NCBI GenBank assembly: GCA_910585155.1
Contig: CAJUEC010000005.1
Coordinates: 9,059-73,058, forward strand
Direction of reading: 5' to 3'
DNA length: 64,000 nt
Origin: an uncultured Oscillospiraceae bacterium
GTDB taxonomy: Bacteria > Bacillota > Clostridia > Oscillospirales > Oscillospiraceae
Shown here: positions 19,173-28,296 of the stretch, piece by piece
Layout of the letters: each line of letters opens with the position of its first letter
How positions within the stretch are numbered: position 1 is the first letter of the stretch
The notes under the pieces: generated by a model
The model's input: only the letters and a program-made list of their open reading frames with translations
Told to the model about the DNA's origin: nothing
The model's database searches: none
Program-made: the position numbers and the translations under genes

Positions 19173-20759
19173 TCACCCGTTGGGCTGATTGACGTTCCCC
19201 ACAAACAGGGGCAGTCCGCTGTCCCCGGTGACGGCGAACAGGAAGGGCCGGTCCAGGGTGAAGTCCACCTCGTCGTTTGGGGGGGCGTCGGAGGTGGGGT
19301 TCACCATTATCACCGTGTAGGCCGCCGCCTCGCAGCCCTGCTCATCCACCTTCACCCGGGCGGCGTGCTGGACCTGGGAGACGTACAGCGGGTCGCTGGT
19401 GGACGCCCCCAGGGGGTCAAAATTGGAGGCGGTGCTATCAAACACATCGGTGACCCCCAGGGCCTTCAGCCCCTCCACCAGGCTCAGGTCGGAGGACACG
19501 TCGAACTTGGGAATGGACAGATTGATATCGAGGTGCTTCTGTCCGGCCCAGCCCTCCCGGGTCACATTGCCCTTGTCGTCATACTGGTTCGCCTTGGGGG
19601 CGAGGAGGAATTCCATGGCCTCGCCGCTGTCCAGCAGCTCATCCACGCTGCACCCCTCGGCGGGGAGGAGCAGCCACATGAAGCCCCCCTGCTGGAAGCG
19701 CAGCTGCACGGCGGTAAAGTTGTCCCCCCAGTAGTAGCTGCCCGTTATGGTCTGGTGCATAAAGTCCGCGTCCACGTCGCCCGAGGGGGCGTGGAAGGTG
19801 TCGGTTTTGGTGCGGTCCTGCTTGAACTCATCCTTCCAGCCGGCCTTGAAATAGAGGGTGGAGGCCAGGGCCAGCACCGTGTCCGAGTTCATCTCCAGCC
19901 CCTGGGCCTGCTTCTCCAGAAGGCCGTGGGTCTGCTCGTTGATCCAGTCCCGCAGGGCCTGGTTGTACTCCTCCGCCCCCATGGGGCCGGAGAAGGAGGC
20001 GGCGTAGTAGTCCTTCGCCAGGGTGTCCAGGGTGTCCTGGCTGTAGGTCATCCCGTCCCGCAGCCACAGGGAGTTGGCCAGCAGGGAGGTGACCACCCCG
20101 TCGTCCCGGTAGTTGTCCCGCCACAGGCCGGCGGCCCGCTGGCGCAGCGTCTCCACGGAGTCCGCCTGGAGCAGGTCCAAAATCTGCTGCCGGGTGTCCC
20201 CCCCGGTGGTCTCCGCCAGCATGGACAGGGCCATGTAGACGTTGAGGGGGGAGTAGATCCGGTTTTTCTCCCCCGCGCCCGCGAGGATCTGGGCGGTGGA
20301 GCGGGAGATGAATTCGTCCATCAGCCCGGTGTAGTTCGTACCGGAGCGCAGGGCCGCCCGGTCCTCGGACCAGGAATCATAGGCCTGGTTGTAGGCCTGA
20401 TCGGCCTTCTCCCAGGCCTTATCATCCCCTCCGACGTCGCCATAAAAGTCCTCATAATTGGGGTAGGCGGCCATCTCCGGATAGTCCGGCACAGCCAGGG
20501 CGTAGAGCCCAGTGGCGGCCCGTCCGCCCCTTCTGCTCTCCTCCCCCAGGGAGTAGGCGGCGGGGCTGTCCGCCTCCCCGCCGGGTCTGCCAAACATCCC
20601 TGAGCCCATGGCCGCGCCTCCGATCACCGCCACCGCCAGCACCGCGGCCACCGCCCCCATCCAGCGGGAGTAGGGGCGGCGCGCGCCGGGCCGGGCGGCC
20701 TTTTCCTTCAATTCCTCGGGGGCGTGAATGCCCTCGTTTGCCTGCTTGTAGCGTCTCAT
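19173..20759 (-). CDS. Membrane-anchored serpin with anti-sigma-like N-terminus
   Basis: Serpin motifs NRIYSPLNVYMAL, INEQTHGL, TLYFKAGW, IPKF, hinge EQGCEAAAYT, DRPFLF; N-terminus is ~32 aa then a TM helix; ATG overlaps the sigma stop (ATGA). Confidence 0.9.
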   Translation of the reverse strand: MRRYKQANEGIHAPEELKEKAARPGARRPYSRWMGAVAAVLAVAVIGGAAMGSGMFGRPGGEADSPAAYSLGEESRRGGRAATGLYALAVPDYPEMAAYPNYEDFYGDVGGDDKAWEKADQAYNQAYDSWSEDRAALRSGTNYTGLMDEFISRSTAQILAGAGEKNRIYSPLNVYMALSMLAETTGGDTRQQILDLLQADSVETLRQRAAGLWRDNYRDDGVVTSLLANSLWLRDGMTYSQDTLDTLAKDYYAASFSGPMGAEEYNQALRDWINEQTHGLLEKQAQGLEMNSDTVLALASTLYFKAGWKDEFKQDRTKTDTFHAPSGDVDADFMHQTITGSYYWGDNFTAVQLRFQQGGFMWLLLPAEGCSVDELLDSGEAMEFLLAPKANQYDDKGNVTREGWAGQKHLDINLSIPKFDVSSDLSLVEGLKALGVTDVFDSTASNFDPLGASTSDPLYVSQVQHAARVKVDEQGCEAAAYTVIMVNPTSDAPPNDEVDFTLDRPFLFAVTGDSGLPLFVGNVNQPNG

Positions 20760-21226
20760 AACTCTACCTCCTGAAGCATCTCCCGCAGAAGGGCCCGGCC
20801 CCGGCTGAGCTGGGACTTGACGGTACCCTCCGGCACATTCAGCGTCTCGGCCATTTCGGCCACCGACAGGCCCTCGAAGTAGTGCAGGTGGATGGCGGTC
20901 CGGTACTTGGCGGGCAGGGAGAGCACCACGCTGTACACCTCGCGGTAGTCGTCCTCCACCCCCACCTCCTCGGCGGTCTCCAGGGGCACCGTGCGCCGCC
21001 GCCAGGGGGAGGCCACCAGGCTCTTTGCCCGGTTCACCGTACAGCGGATGAGCCACGCCTTGCGGTGCTCGTCGCTGTCGAAGCGGTCCTCATGGCGGAA
21101 ATAGCGCAGAAAGACCTCCTGGAACACGTCCTCCGCGTCCGCCACATTGGCGGTGCGGGCCAGGGCCAGCCGCCACACCATATCACCCCAGCGCTTTACC
21201 GCCCGGGTCCGCTGCTCCTCGCTCAC
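20756..21226 (-). CDS. ECF RNA polymerase sigma factor
   Basis: DAEDVFQEVF (region 2), LHYFEGLS..E.A..L...GTVKSQLSRGR (region 4); GTG start 8 nt after AGGAGG (alternative ATG at 21232). Confidence 0.92.
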   Translation of the reverse strand: MSEEQRTRAVKRWGDMVWRLALARTANVADAEDVFQEVFLRYFRHEDRFDSDEHRKAWLIRCTVNRAKSLVASPWRRRTVPLETAEEVGVEDDYREVYSVVLSLPAKYRTAIHLHYFEGLSVAEMAETLNVPEGTVKSQLSRGRALLREMLQEVEL

Positions 21227-21374
21227 GGCCATCGCCTCCTTCTGCGCCCCGCCTCGGCCGCGGCGGGGACTTTGCCTGTCGTTTATAATACCCTGGACTG
21301 TGGGAAATGGTTGCAGTTTGGTCAAAATTCGGAAAACGCCCTCCTCCTCCGGGAGAAACGCCCCCGTCCGGACC

Positions 21375-21403
21375 TAGGGAAGGACTGATTAAATCGGCAA
21401 AAG
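21375..21403. repeat. Solo terminus of repeat family C
   Basis: GGAAGGACTGATTAAATCGGCAA matches the end of the 51099-51260 element read on the minus strand (GGAAGGACTGATTCAATCGGCAA). Confidence 0.6.
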
Positions 21404-21472
21404 CCATAAGGCCCCACGGAGCGGGGGAGGGTGGAGCGGCGACGCCCCCGCCGGAAGGGCGGGGGCGTTCGG

Positions 21473-22738
21473 TCATGTCTGGGGCGGCTTGGGGCCCTGC
21501 CCTCCGCCGGGCTTGTGGCGGTGGTGGGGCCGGTAGCGGCGCTTGCGGTTGGCGGCCCCTCCCCCCTTGGCCTCGCTCCCCGGGGCGGGGGCGGGCTGCT
21601 CCCGCTGGGCGGAGGGGCGCTGCCCCGCGCCCTGCTGGGGGGCACCGGGCTGGCGGGGCTTGGAGGAGGACCGCTCCTGCCTGGGCCGGTCCTGGGCGGG
21701 CTTCCCCTGGTTCCCGTGGCCCCGGCCCCGGCGGGCCCCCTGCTTCTGGCCCTCGCCGGACCTCTGCTGCTCCCCCTCGGCGGCGCCCAGGTACCGCTCC
21801 AGCGCCGACCCCAGGCCGCCCTGGCTCTCCGGCCGGCCGCCGGACCGCACCCGCTCGCCCTCGGCGGTGCGCAGCTTGTCCAGCTCCGCCTTGGGCGGAA
21901 CCTCATAGCCCTCGGGCCGCTTGCCCTTTCCGTGGCGCACCACCCGGATCTCATCGGCCAGATAGGCCTTGGGCTGCTCGGTGCAGTCCTCCAGCCGGAC
22001 CTTCACCTGCTCCCGCAGCAGGTTGACGGAGGACACCGTCCCCGCTCCGTCGGGGCACTCCACAAAGGACTCCTGCTTGGGGCAGCGCTTCACCGCGTCC
22101 TCATAGGCCCCCTGCTCGTACTTCAAGCAGCACATCAGCCGCCCGCAGGTGCCGGAGATCTTGGTGGGGTTCAAGGACAGATTCTGGGTCTTGGCCATCT
22201 TGATGGACACGGGCTGGAACTCGTCCAGGAACTGGGCGCAGCAGAAGGGCTTTCCGCAGATGCCGAAGCCCCCCAGCATCCTGGCCTCGTCCCGCACGCC
22301 GATCTGGCGCAGCTCAATCCGGGCCCGGAAGATGCCCGCCAGGTCCTTCACCAGGGCGCGGAAGTCCACCCGCCCGTCGGAGGTGAAGAAGAACAGGATT
22401 TTGTTGCCGTCAAAGCTGAACTCCACCTGGACCAGCTTCATGTCCAGCCCGTGGCGCTCCACCAGCTGCTGGCAGGTGCGCAGCGCCTCCTTCTCCCGGC
22501 CCCGGTTTTCCCGCACCTGCTTTTCGTCCCGCTCGGTGGCCATGCGCACCACCGGGCGCAGGGGCTGGACCACCGCCTCGTCCTCCACCATGGTGTTGCG
22601 GCGCACGCAGGTGCCATACTCCAGCCCCTTGCCCGTCTCCACAATGACGCTCTGCCCCTCCGCCACGGTGAGGCCGGCGGGGTCGAAGTAGTATTGCTTG
22701 CCGCCCGGCCGGAACCGAACGCTGATGATCTCCGTCAT
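21473..22738 (-). CDS. yaaT: PSP1-domain protein RicT/YaaT
   Basis: RVDFRALVKDLA, RIELRQIGVRDEA, CG...CC, KISGTCGRLMCCLKYE; GGAGG RBS. Confidence 0.92.
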   Translation of the reverse strand: MTEIISVRFRPGGKQYYFDPAGLTVAEGQSVIVETGKGLEYGTCVRRNTMVEDEAVVQPLRPVVRMATERDEKQVRENRGREKEALRTCQQLVERHGLDMKLVQVEFSFDGNKILFFFTSDGRVDFRALVKDLAGIFRARIELRQIGVRDEARMLGGFGICGKPFCCAQFLDEFQPVSIKMAKTQNLSLNPTKISGTCGRLMCCLKYEQGAYEDAVKRCPKQESFVECPDGAGTVSSVNLLREQVKVRLEDCTEQPKAYLADEIRVVRHGKGKRPEGYEVPPKAELDKLRTAEGERVRSGGRPESQGGLGSALERYLGAAEGEQQRSGEGQKQGARRGRGHGNQGKPAQDRPRQERSSSKPRQPGAPQQGAGQRPSAQREQPAPAPGSEAKGGGAANRKRRYRPHHRHKPGGGQGPKPPQT

Positions 22739-22777
22739 GGGGGTGTCCTCCGTATCAATAATATAGTCACGCTTCCT

Positions 22778-22949
22778 TGTCACGCTGCGCCTGCTCGCGA
22801 CGCACGGCTGTCTCGCCTTTAGCTCGGTCGGCGCTGGACGTGTGCCACCGGCACACAGCGCCCTCCGCCTCGGCCTGGTCTCTGGGGCCCGCAGCCCCAT
22901 CGCTCGGCCTCGCTGCGGTCCGCCCGTGCTGCTCGCGACGGCTCCGCGC
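22778..22949 (-). repeat. Repeat family B, long form with a different interior
   Basis: Minus strand GCGCGGAGCCGTCGCGAGCAG...CGTCGCGAGCAGGCGCAGCGTGACA. Confidence 0.75.
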
Positions 22950-22954
22950 TTCTT

Positions 22955-23119
22955 TAGGGCCTGTTTAATATCTCGAAGAATGCCAGCTGACGAGAGATTT
23001 TCTCATCAGGCGAGGCGGAATTTTGCAGGAATAATTGTGTTTATTTCAAGAAATCCCAACGAAGCATGGCGGGAAAAAAACGTCGATTGGGCATGTTGAC
23101 AATTTTCAAACAAGCCCTA
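22955..23119. repeat. MITE-like element, family C copy 1
   Basis: Terminal IR TAGGGCCTGTTT / AAACAAGCCCTA (1 mismatch); core GGAATAATTGTGTTTATTTCAAGAAATC (23028-23055) identical to the reverse complement of 51162-51189. Confidence 0.75.
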
Positions 23120-23131
23120 GCGCTTCGCAAA

Positions 23132-23147
23132 TGTTTCACGTGAAACA
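23132..23147. promoter_or_regulatory. parS centromere-like site (ParB/Spo0J binding)
   Basis: Perfect palindrome TGTTTCACGTGAAACA matching the established parS consensus, ~32 kb from oriC. Confidence 0.93.
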
Positions 23148-23154
23148 TCCGTTT

Positions 23155-23907
23155 TCAGCTCTGGAACAGCTCCGCCAGCAGCCACCCCAGGGTGTGGCCC
23201 GCGCTGGGGCGGAACACCGCGTTCTCCCGGCAGGTCTTGAGGGCCCGGAGCACCGCGCCCCCCCGCCGGGGGCTCTGGGCCAGGCGGCGGGACACCTGGC
23301 GCTCCACCTGCTCCAGCAGGGCGGCCAGCTCGTCCCCCTTGGGCTTGGACAGCTCCAGCTCCACCAGGGCCTGGGCGCAGGCCAGCTCGTTCCCCTCCAG
23401 CAGCAGCGCCCCCAGGGCCCGGGCCCGCTCCTCCAGCGCCGGGTCCGGCTCGGGCTCCCGCCGGGGGAGGTTCAGGGGCTCGCACCGGGAGCGCACCGTG
23501 TCCAGCAGCCGCCCCGGCTGCTCCGCCAGCAGCAGGAAGGCGGCGTAGGCCGGGCCATCCTCCAGCACCTTCAGCAGGGCGTTCTGGGCGGCGGGGTTCA
23601 TGGCGTCCGCCGGGTCGATGCGGTACACCTTCCGCCCCCCCTCGTTGGGGCGGATGTAGGCGTCGGAGCGCAGGGCGCGGATCTGGTCCACGGTGATCTC
23701 CCGCTTGTCCGGGGCGGGGGCGGTGCGCATCACGTCGGGGTGGGTGCCCGCCGCCGCCTTCCGGCAGTCCCGGCAGGCGCCGCAGGGGGGATGCTCCCCC
23801 CGGCACAGGTAGGCCATGGTCATCCGTCCCGCCAGCTCCGCCCGGTCGTCCGCCGACCCGCCGGTGATGAGATAGGCGTGGGACAGGGGCTCAGGCAGCG
23901 CTCTCAT
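23155..23907 (-). CDS. holB: DNA polymerase III delta' subunit
   Basis: HAYLI, C..PCG.C..C, HPD, AQNALLKVLE, TVRSRC; darA-holB-yaaT synteny. Confidence 0.85.
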   Translation of the reverse strand: MRALPEPLSHAYLITGGSADDRAELAGRMTMAYLCRGEHPPCGACRDCRKAAAGTHPDVMRTAPAPDKREITVDQIRALRSDAYIRPNEGGRKVYRIDPADAMNPAAQNALLKVLEDGPAYAAFLLLAEQPGRLLDTVRSRCEPLNLPRREPEPDPALEERARALGALLLEGNELACAQALVELELSKPKGDELAALLEQVERQVSRRLAQSPRRGGAVLRALKTCRENAVFRPSAGHTLGWLLAELFQS

Positions 23908-24227
23908 AGCCGCTCAAACCGTTCCACATCCACCACGAACACGGTGGCACCCCCCACGGTGACCTCCACCGGCATGGCGGGCATGAAGCCGTAGCTCATC
24001 TCGGTGATGGCGGGCACCATCTGTTTCCGGCTGTGGGACTGCTCCCGGATCAGGTCAATGGCAGGCTGGACCCGCTCCTCCTCCACACCGATGAGCAGCG
24101 TCACGTTGCCCGCCAGCAGAAAGCCCCCGGTGGTGGACAGCCGGGTGGAGGAAAAGCCGTTCCTGGACAAATTTTGGATGACGGCGCCGGCGTCATCCCG
24201 GTTGATGATGGCGATGATGAGCTTCAT
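23904..24227 (-). CDS. darA: Cyclic-di-AMP receptor (PII-like, YaaQ/PstA)
   Basis: MKLIIAII, TRLSTTGGFL.GN.T, VGGATVFV. Confidence 0.92.
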   Translation of the reverse strand: MKLIIAIINRDDAGAVIQNLSRNGFSSTRLSTTGGFLLAGNVTLLIGVEEERVQPAIDLIREQSHSRKQMVPAITEMSYGFMPAMPVEVTVGGATVFVVDVERFERL

Positions 24228-25567
24228 AGACGCTCCCTCCCATAGCTCAGACCGGCGGCGGTCTGGACCTTGCTCTTATTATTATAGCCCATTTCCCGCA
24301 AATAGGCCAGATGTTTTTTTTCAATGACCTCGCCGGGGGCGATCACCGGCACGCCGGGAGGGTAGGGGGCGATCTGCTCCGCCGCCACCCGCCCCGCGCT
24401 GTCCTCCAGAGGGACGCTCTCCCGGGGGGCGAACAGGGCCTGCCGGGGGGAGAGGGCCGCCCGGGGCCAAGGGGGCGGCGGGGGAAGGGCGGGGGAGGGA
24501 CCGGACAGGCCGGAGGCCTCCAGGGCCCGCTCCAGCCGGGCCAGCTCCTCCCGTCCGTCGGCGCAGGTGAGGATGCACACCACATGGCCCCGGTCCGCCA
24601 GCTCCGGATACACCCCCCGCTCCCGCAGGGCCGCCCCCAGGGCGAAGCCGTCGGGGCTGTTCAGGGTGAGCCGGGCGGGGTCCAGCGCCAGCCCCTCCCG
24701 CTCACCCAGGGCGCTCCAGCGCTCCCGCAGCACCTGCGCCAGCCGGACCGTCTCCCGGTACCGGGCCCCGCCCGCCCCCTCCATGTAGTCCCGGACCGCG
24801 TCCAGGGCGGCCATGAGCACGTAGGAGGGGGAGGAGGTGCCGTACACCGACCCCCACCGCTGGAGCTCCTCCAGGGGGAGGCCGTTGGCCAGCAGCAGGG
24901 CGGTCTGGCCGGGGGCGGGGAGGGTCTTGTGGGCGGACATCACCACCACGTCCGCCGCCCGGCAGCCCTCATAGCCCAGGAAGGGCAGGTGGGCTCCATG
25001 AGCCCCGTCCACCATCAGCCGCGCCCCCCGGGCGCGGCACACCGCCGCGATGGCGGGGATATCCGACAACACACCGTAATAGGTCGGCGATGTGATACAG
25101 ACAGTTTTAACCTCTGGGTTCTGTTCCAGGGTGCGGGCCACCTGGAGCGGGTCGATGGGCCCCGCCACCCCCTCCGCCTCCAGCCAGGGCCGGGGCAGGA
25201 ACACCGGGTCCAGGTCCAGCAGGGCCAGGGCGTGGTAGGCGGAGCGGTGGCTGCCCCGGTCCAGGGCCACCCTTCCCCCCGCCCCGGCCAGCAGGGCCAG
25301 CCCGGCGTGCACCCCCTGGGTGGAGCCCCCGGTGAGGAACAGGCAGGCGCCGAAGCCCAGCCCCTCCGCCCAGAGGCGCTCCGCCGCCTGGATGGCGTCG
25401 GGCGCCTCCCCAAAGAGGTCGCCGGTGCGGCCGTTCTCGGTGAAGTCCAGCCCGGCGGGCCAGGGGAAGCCCCCGGGCAGGGGGCCCCCGTGGTGGCCGG
25501 GCATGTCCAGCCGCAGGGGGCGGGTGTCCGCCAGAGCCCGCAGGCTGTCATACAGCGGGGCGGGCAC
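24224..25567 (-). CDS. PLP-dependent Arg/Lys/Orn decarboxylase family protein (YaaO-like)
   Basis: MPGH, GST.G, SPTYYG, DGAHGAH, SAHKTLP, TSSPSY, PYPPGVP. Confidence 0.9.
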   Translation of the reverse strand: MPAPLYDSLRALADTRPLRLDMPGHHGGPLPGGFPWPAGLDFTENGRTGDLFGEAPDAIQAAERLWAEGLGFGACLFLTGGSTQGVHAGLALLAGAGGRVALDRGSHRSAYHALALLDLDPVFLPRPWLEAEGVAGPIDPLQVARTLEQNPEVKTVCITSPTYYGVLSDIPAIAAVCRARGARLMVDGAHGAHLPFLGYEGCRAADVVVMSAHKTLPAPGQTALLLANGLPLEELQRWGSVYGTSSPSYVLMAALDAVRDYMEGAGGARYRETVRLAQVLRERWSALGEREGLALDPARLTLNSPDGFALGAALRERGVYPELADRGHVVCILTCADGREELARLERALEASGLSGPSPALPPPPPWPRAALSPRQALFAPRESVPLEDSAGRVAAEQIAPYPPGVPVIAPGEVIEKKHLAYLREMGYNNKSKVQTAAGLSYGRERL

Positions 25568-25570
25568 CCC

Positions 25571-26002
25571 TCAGCCCTCCCTCAGAAAGCCGTCCGCCGC
25601 CGCCAGGGTATCCCGGTCAGAGGGGTGGGTCAGCGCCGCCAGCGCCCCCTCCAGGGGCAGGAACCGTGCCTCCTCCACCTCCTCGGGCTGGCAGGCAATC
25701 TCCCCGCCGCCGGCCCGGGCCAGAAAGAACACCACGTCCTTCACCGTCCCCGGGAAGGGGGAGTAGGTGATGACCCGCCGGAAGCCGTGGATGAACTCCA
25801 CCTCCAGCCCGGTCTCCTCCCGGATCTCCCGGGCGGCGGTCTCGTGCTCCGTCTCCTCCCCCTCCACGTGGCCCTTGCATAGGGTGGTGTGGCCCTGGGT
25901 GCTCTTCAGCACCAGATAATAACGCCGGGTATTTTCCTCCCGGAAAATTACCGCGCCGCAGCTTTTTTCTTTTTCCATGGAATCAGGCTTCCTCTCCCTC
26001 AT
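25571..26002 (-). CDS. NUDIX hydrolase (Ap4A hydrolase-like)
   Basis: EKSCGAVIF; Nudix box KGHVEGEETEHETAAREIREETG. Confidence 0.9.
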   Translation of the reverse strand: MRERKPDSMEKEKSCGAVIFREENTRRYYLVLKSTQGHTTLCKGHVEGEETEHETAAREIREETGLEVEFIHGFRRVITYSPFPGTVKDVVFFLARAGGGEIACQPEEVEEARFLPLEGALAALTHPSDRDTLAAADGFLREG

Positions 26003-26103
26003 AAATCCCCATGCTCCCGGGCATAGGCGTTAAATTCCGGGGTGCGGGACCAATAAAGCGCACCCCAGTGCTCGTTGAGGGCCAGAGCGTTTTGGATATC
26101 CAT
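25999..26103 (-). CDS. Putative 34-aa small protein
   Basis: GGAGG-6 nt-ATG; MDIQNALALNEHWGALYWSRTPEFNAYAREHGDL*; TGA overlaps the ATG of the NUDIX gene. Confidence 0.5.
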   Translation of the reverse strand: MDIQNALALNEHWGALYWSRTPEFNAYAREHGDL

Positions 26104-26148
26104 AGGCGTCCTCCCCGCGGCCCACGCCGCGCCATGATGTTGCCCCAT

Positions 26149-26177
26149 ATTATATCAAACAACCTAAGGATTGCCAA
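26149..26177 (-). promoter_or_regulatory. sigma-A promoter of the NUDIX-yaaO-darA-holB run
   Basis: TTGGCA-17 bp-TATAAT on the minus strand. Confidence 0.7.
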
Positions 26178-26319
26178 CACCCGGCGGGGAAATTTTATCA
26201 GGGTCTACAAATCGGCGCGGCGGGCAAAAAATAGCGGTTTATGGTTGTTTTCAGCCGCTGGATGTGATAAACTAGGGAAAAGCATCACAGGCCGGCCCCG
26301 CCGGCGGAGAGGAGAAGCC

Positions 26320-27384
26320 ATGGAGCCAAGCAGAAGGAGCTTTGGCCGTATGCCCGACGGGACCCAGGTGGACGAGCTCACCCTGCGGGATGGGGACATG
26401 ACGTGCCAGATCATCACCTACGGGGGGGCGGTGCGCTCCCTGATCGTGCCCGACCGGGAGGGCCGCCCGGTGGACGTGGCCCTGGGCTTTGACACCCTGG
26501 AGGCTTACATGGTCCAGGACAAATATATGGGGGCCATTGTGGGGCGATACGCCAACCGGATCGGCGGGGCCAAATTCACCCTGAACGGGGCGGAGTTCCC
26601 GCTGTACGCCAACGACGGTCCCAACTCCCTCCACGGGGGGCGCGCGGGCTTCGACAAGAAGGTCTGGACGGTGGAAAAGCTGACGGAGGGCTCCGTCACT
26701 CTGTCCCTGGTCAGCCCCGACGGGGAGGAGGGCTACCCCGGCACACTCCGGGTGGAGGCGACCTACACCCTGAGGGACGGGGAGCTGCTCCTCTGGTATC
26801 AGGCCAAATGCGACAAGGACACCCCGTGCAATCTGACAAACCACACCTATTTTAACCTGTCGGGCCATGACAGCGGGGGCATCGGGGGCCAGTATATCAA
26901 GCTGTACGCCTCCCGCTACACCCCCACGGCCCCCGGCTCCATCCCCACCGGGGAGATCGCCCCGGTGGAGGGCACCCCCATGGACCTGCGGACAGCCCAG
27001 CCCATCGGGGCCCAGATCGACGCCCCCTTTGACCAGCTGGTGATGGCAAAGGGCTATGACCACAACTGGGTGATCGACGGCTATGATGACATGGCCGCCG
27101 TGCCCGCCGCCCGGGCCTGGTCGCCGGACACCGGCATCTGCATGGAGGCCGCCACCACCCAGCCCGGGGTACAGTTTTACACTGGAAACTACCTGGACGG
27201 CTGCCCCGCAGGGAAGGGGGGCGCCCCTTACGCCAGCCGCTGGGGCTTCTGCCTGGAGACCCAGTGCTTCCCCGACAGCCCGAACAAGCCCAATTTCTCC
27301 CCCTGGGTGCTTTGGGCGGGGAGCGAATACCGCCATGGGACCGTGTACCGTTTCTCCATCACAGACAGTGCCGAGCAGCTCTGA
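26320..27384 (+). CDS. galM: Aldose 1-epimerase (galactose mutarotase)
   Basis: GRYANRI, LHGG, EGYPG, NLTNHTYFNL, GYDHN, CLETQ. Confidence 0.95.
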   Translation: MEPSRRSFGRMPDGTQVDELTLRDGDMTCQIITYGGAVRSLIVPDREGRPVDVALGFDTLEAYMVQDKYMGAIVGRYANRIGGAKFTLNGAEFPLYANDGPNSLHGGRAGFDKKVWTVEKLTEGSVTLSLVSPDGEEGYPGTLRVEATYTLRDGELLLWYQAKCDKDTPCNLTNHTYFNLSGHDSGGIGGQYIKLYASRYTPTAPGSIPTGEIAPVEGTPMDLRTAQPIGAQIDAPFDQLVMAKGYDHNWVIDGYDDMAAVPAARAWSPDTGICMEAATTQPGVQFYTGNYLDGCPAGKGGAPYASRWGFCLETQCFPDSPNKPNFSPWVLWAGSEYRHGTVYRFSITDSAEQL

Positions 27385-27449
27385 GAGCATGAATACCCGC
27401 AGACCGCCCGCGCCCCGCGGCGGCCTGCTGTAAAGAAAGAAGGAATCAT

Positions 27450-28295
27450 ATGACTGCCAACGAGAAAAAGGCGCTTCGGATCAACGCCTGCAAGGTCCGC
27501 ATGGGCATCATCGAGGGCACCTACGCCGCCAAGTCCGGCCACCCCGGCGGGAGCCTGTCCTCCGCCGACCTGTTCACCTACCTCTACTTCAGGGAGCTGA
27601 CTGTGGACCCGGCGGACCCCCAGAAGCCCGGCCGGGACCGCTTCGTGCTGTCCAAGGGCCACTGCGCCCCGGGACTCTACGCCGCCATGGCCCTGCGGGG
27701 GTTTTTCCCCTGGGAGGATTTGAAGGCCCTGCGGCACATCGGCTCCCACCTCCAGGGACACCCCAACATGCGCTCCACCCCGGGGGTGGACATGTCCACC
27801 GGCTCCCTGGGCCAGGGGGTGTCCGCCGCCTGCGGCATGGCCCTGGCGGCCAGGCTGCAAAAGAACCCCTGCCGGGTGTACACCCTGCTGGGGGACGGGG
27901 AGATTGAGGAGGGCCAGGTGTGGGAGGCGCTGATGTTCGCCCACCACTACAAGCTGGACAACCTGCGGGTCATCATCGACAACAACGGCCTCCAGATCGA
28001 CGGGCCGGTGGAGCAGGTGATGAGCTCCTACCCCATCCTGGACAAGCTGGCCGCCTTCGGCCTGGAGGCCGTGGAGATCGACGGCCACGACTTCGACGCC
28101 CTGGAGGGGGCCTTCGCCCAGGCGGAGACGGTGAAGGGCCGGCCCTTCGCCATCGTGATGAAAACCACCAAGGGCAAGGGGGTCAGCTTTATGGAGGACC
28201 AGGTGGGCTGGCACGGCAAGGCCCCCAACGCGGAGCAGTATGAGCAGGCCATGGCGGAGCTGAAGGCCAGCCTGGCGGAATTGGAGGGGGAGTAA
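27450..28295 (+). CDS. Transketolase, N-terminal subunit
   Basis: SGHPGGSLS, DRFVLSKGH, TGSLGQG, GDGE..EG. Confidence 0.95.
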   Translation: MTANEKKALRINACKVRMGIIEGTYAAKSGHPGGSLSSADLFTYLYFRELTVDPADPQKPGRDRFVLSKGHCAPGLYAAMALRGFFPWEDLKALRHIGSHLQGHPNMRSTPGVDMSTGSLGQGVSAACGMALAARLQKNPCRVYTLLGDGEIEEGQVWEALMFAHHYKLDNLRVIIDNNGLQIDGPVEQVMSSYPILDKLAAFGLEAVEIDGHDFDALEGAFAQAETVKGRPFAIVMKTTKGKGVSFMEDQVGWHGKAPNAEQYEQAMAELKASLAELEGE

Positions 28296-28296
28296 T

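Noticed and set aside
18515..19192. 225-aa ORF and other short ORFs across the ileS-serpin gap
   Set aside because: They span family A repeats, are low-complexity and lack a convincing RBS; similar peptide fragments recur at other copies only because the DNA repeats
20760..21056. Apparent 627-aa serpin with a 99-aa longer N-terminus
   Set aside because: The extension overlaps the sigma gene out of frame; the ATGA-coupled start at 20759 with a GGAGG RBS fits better
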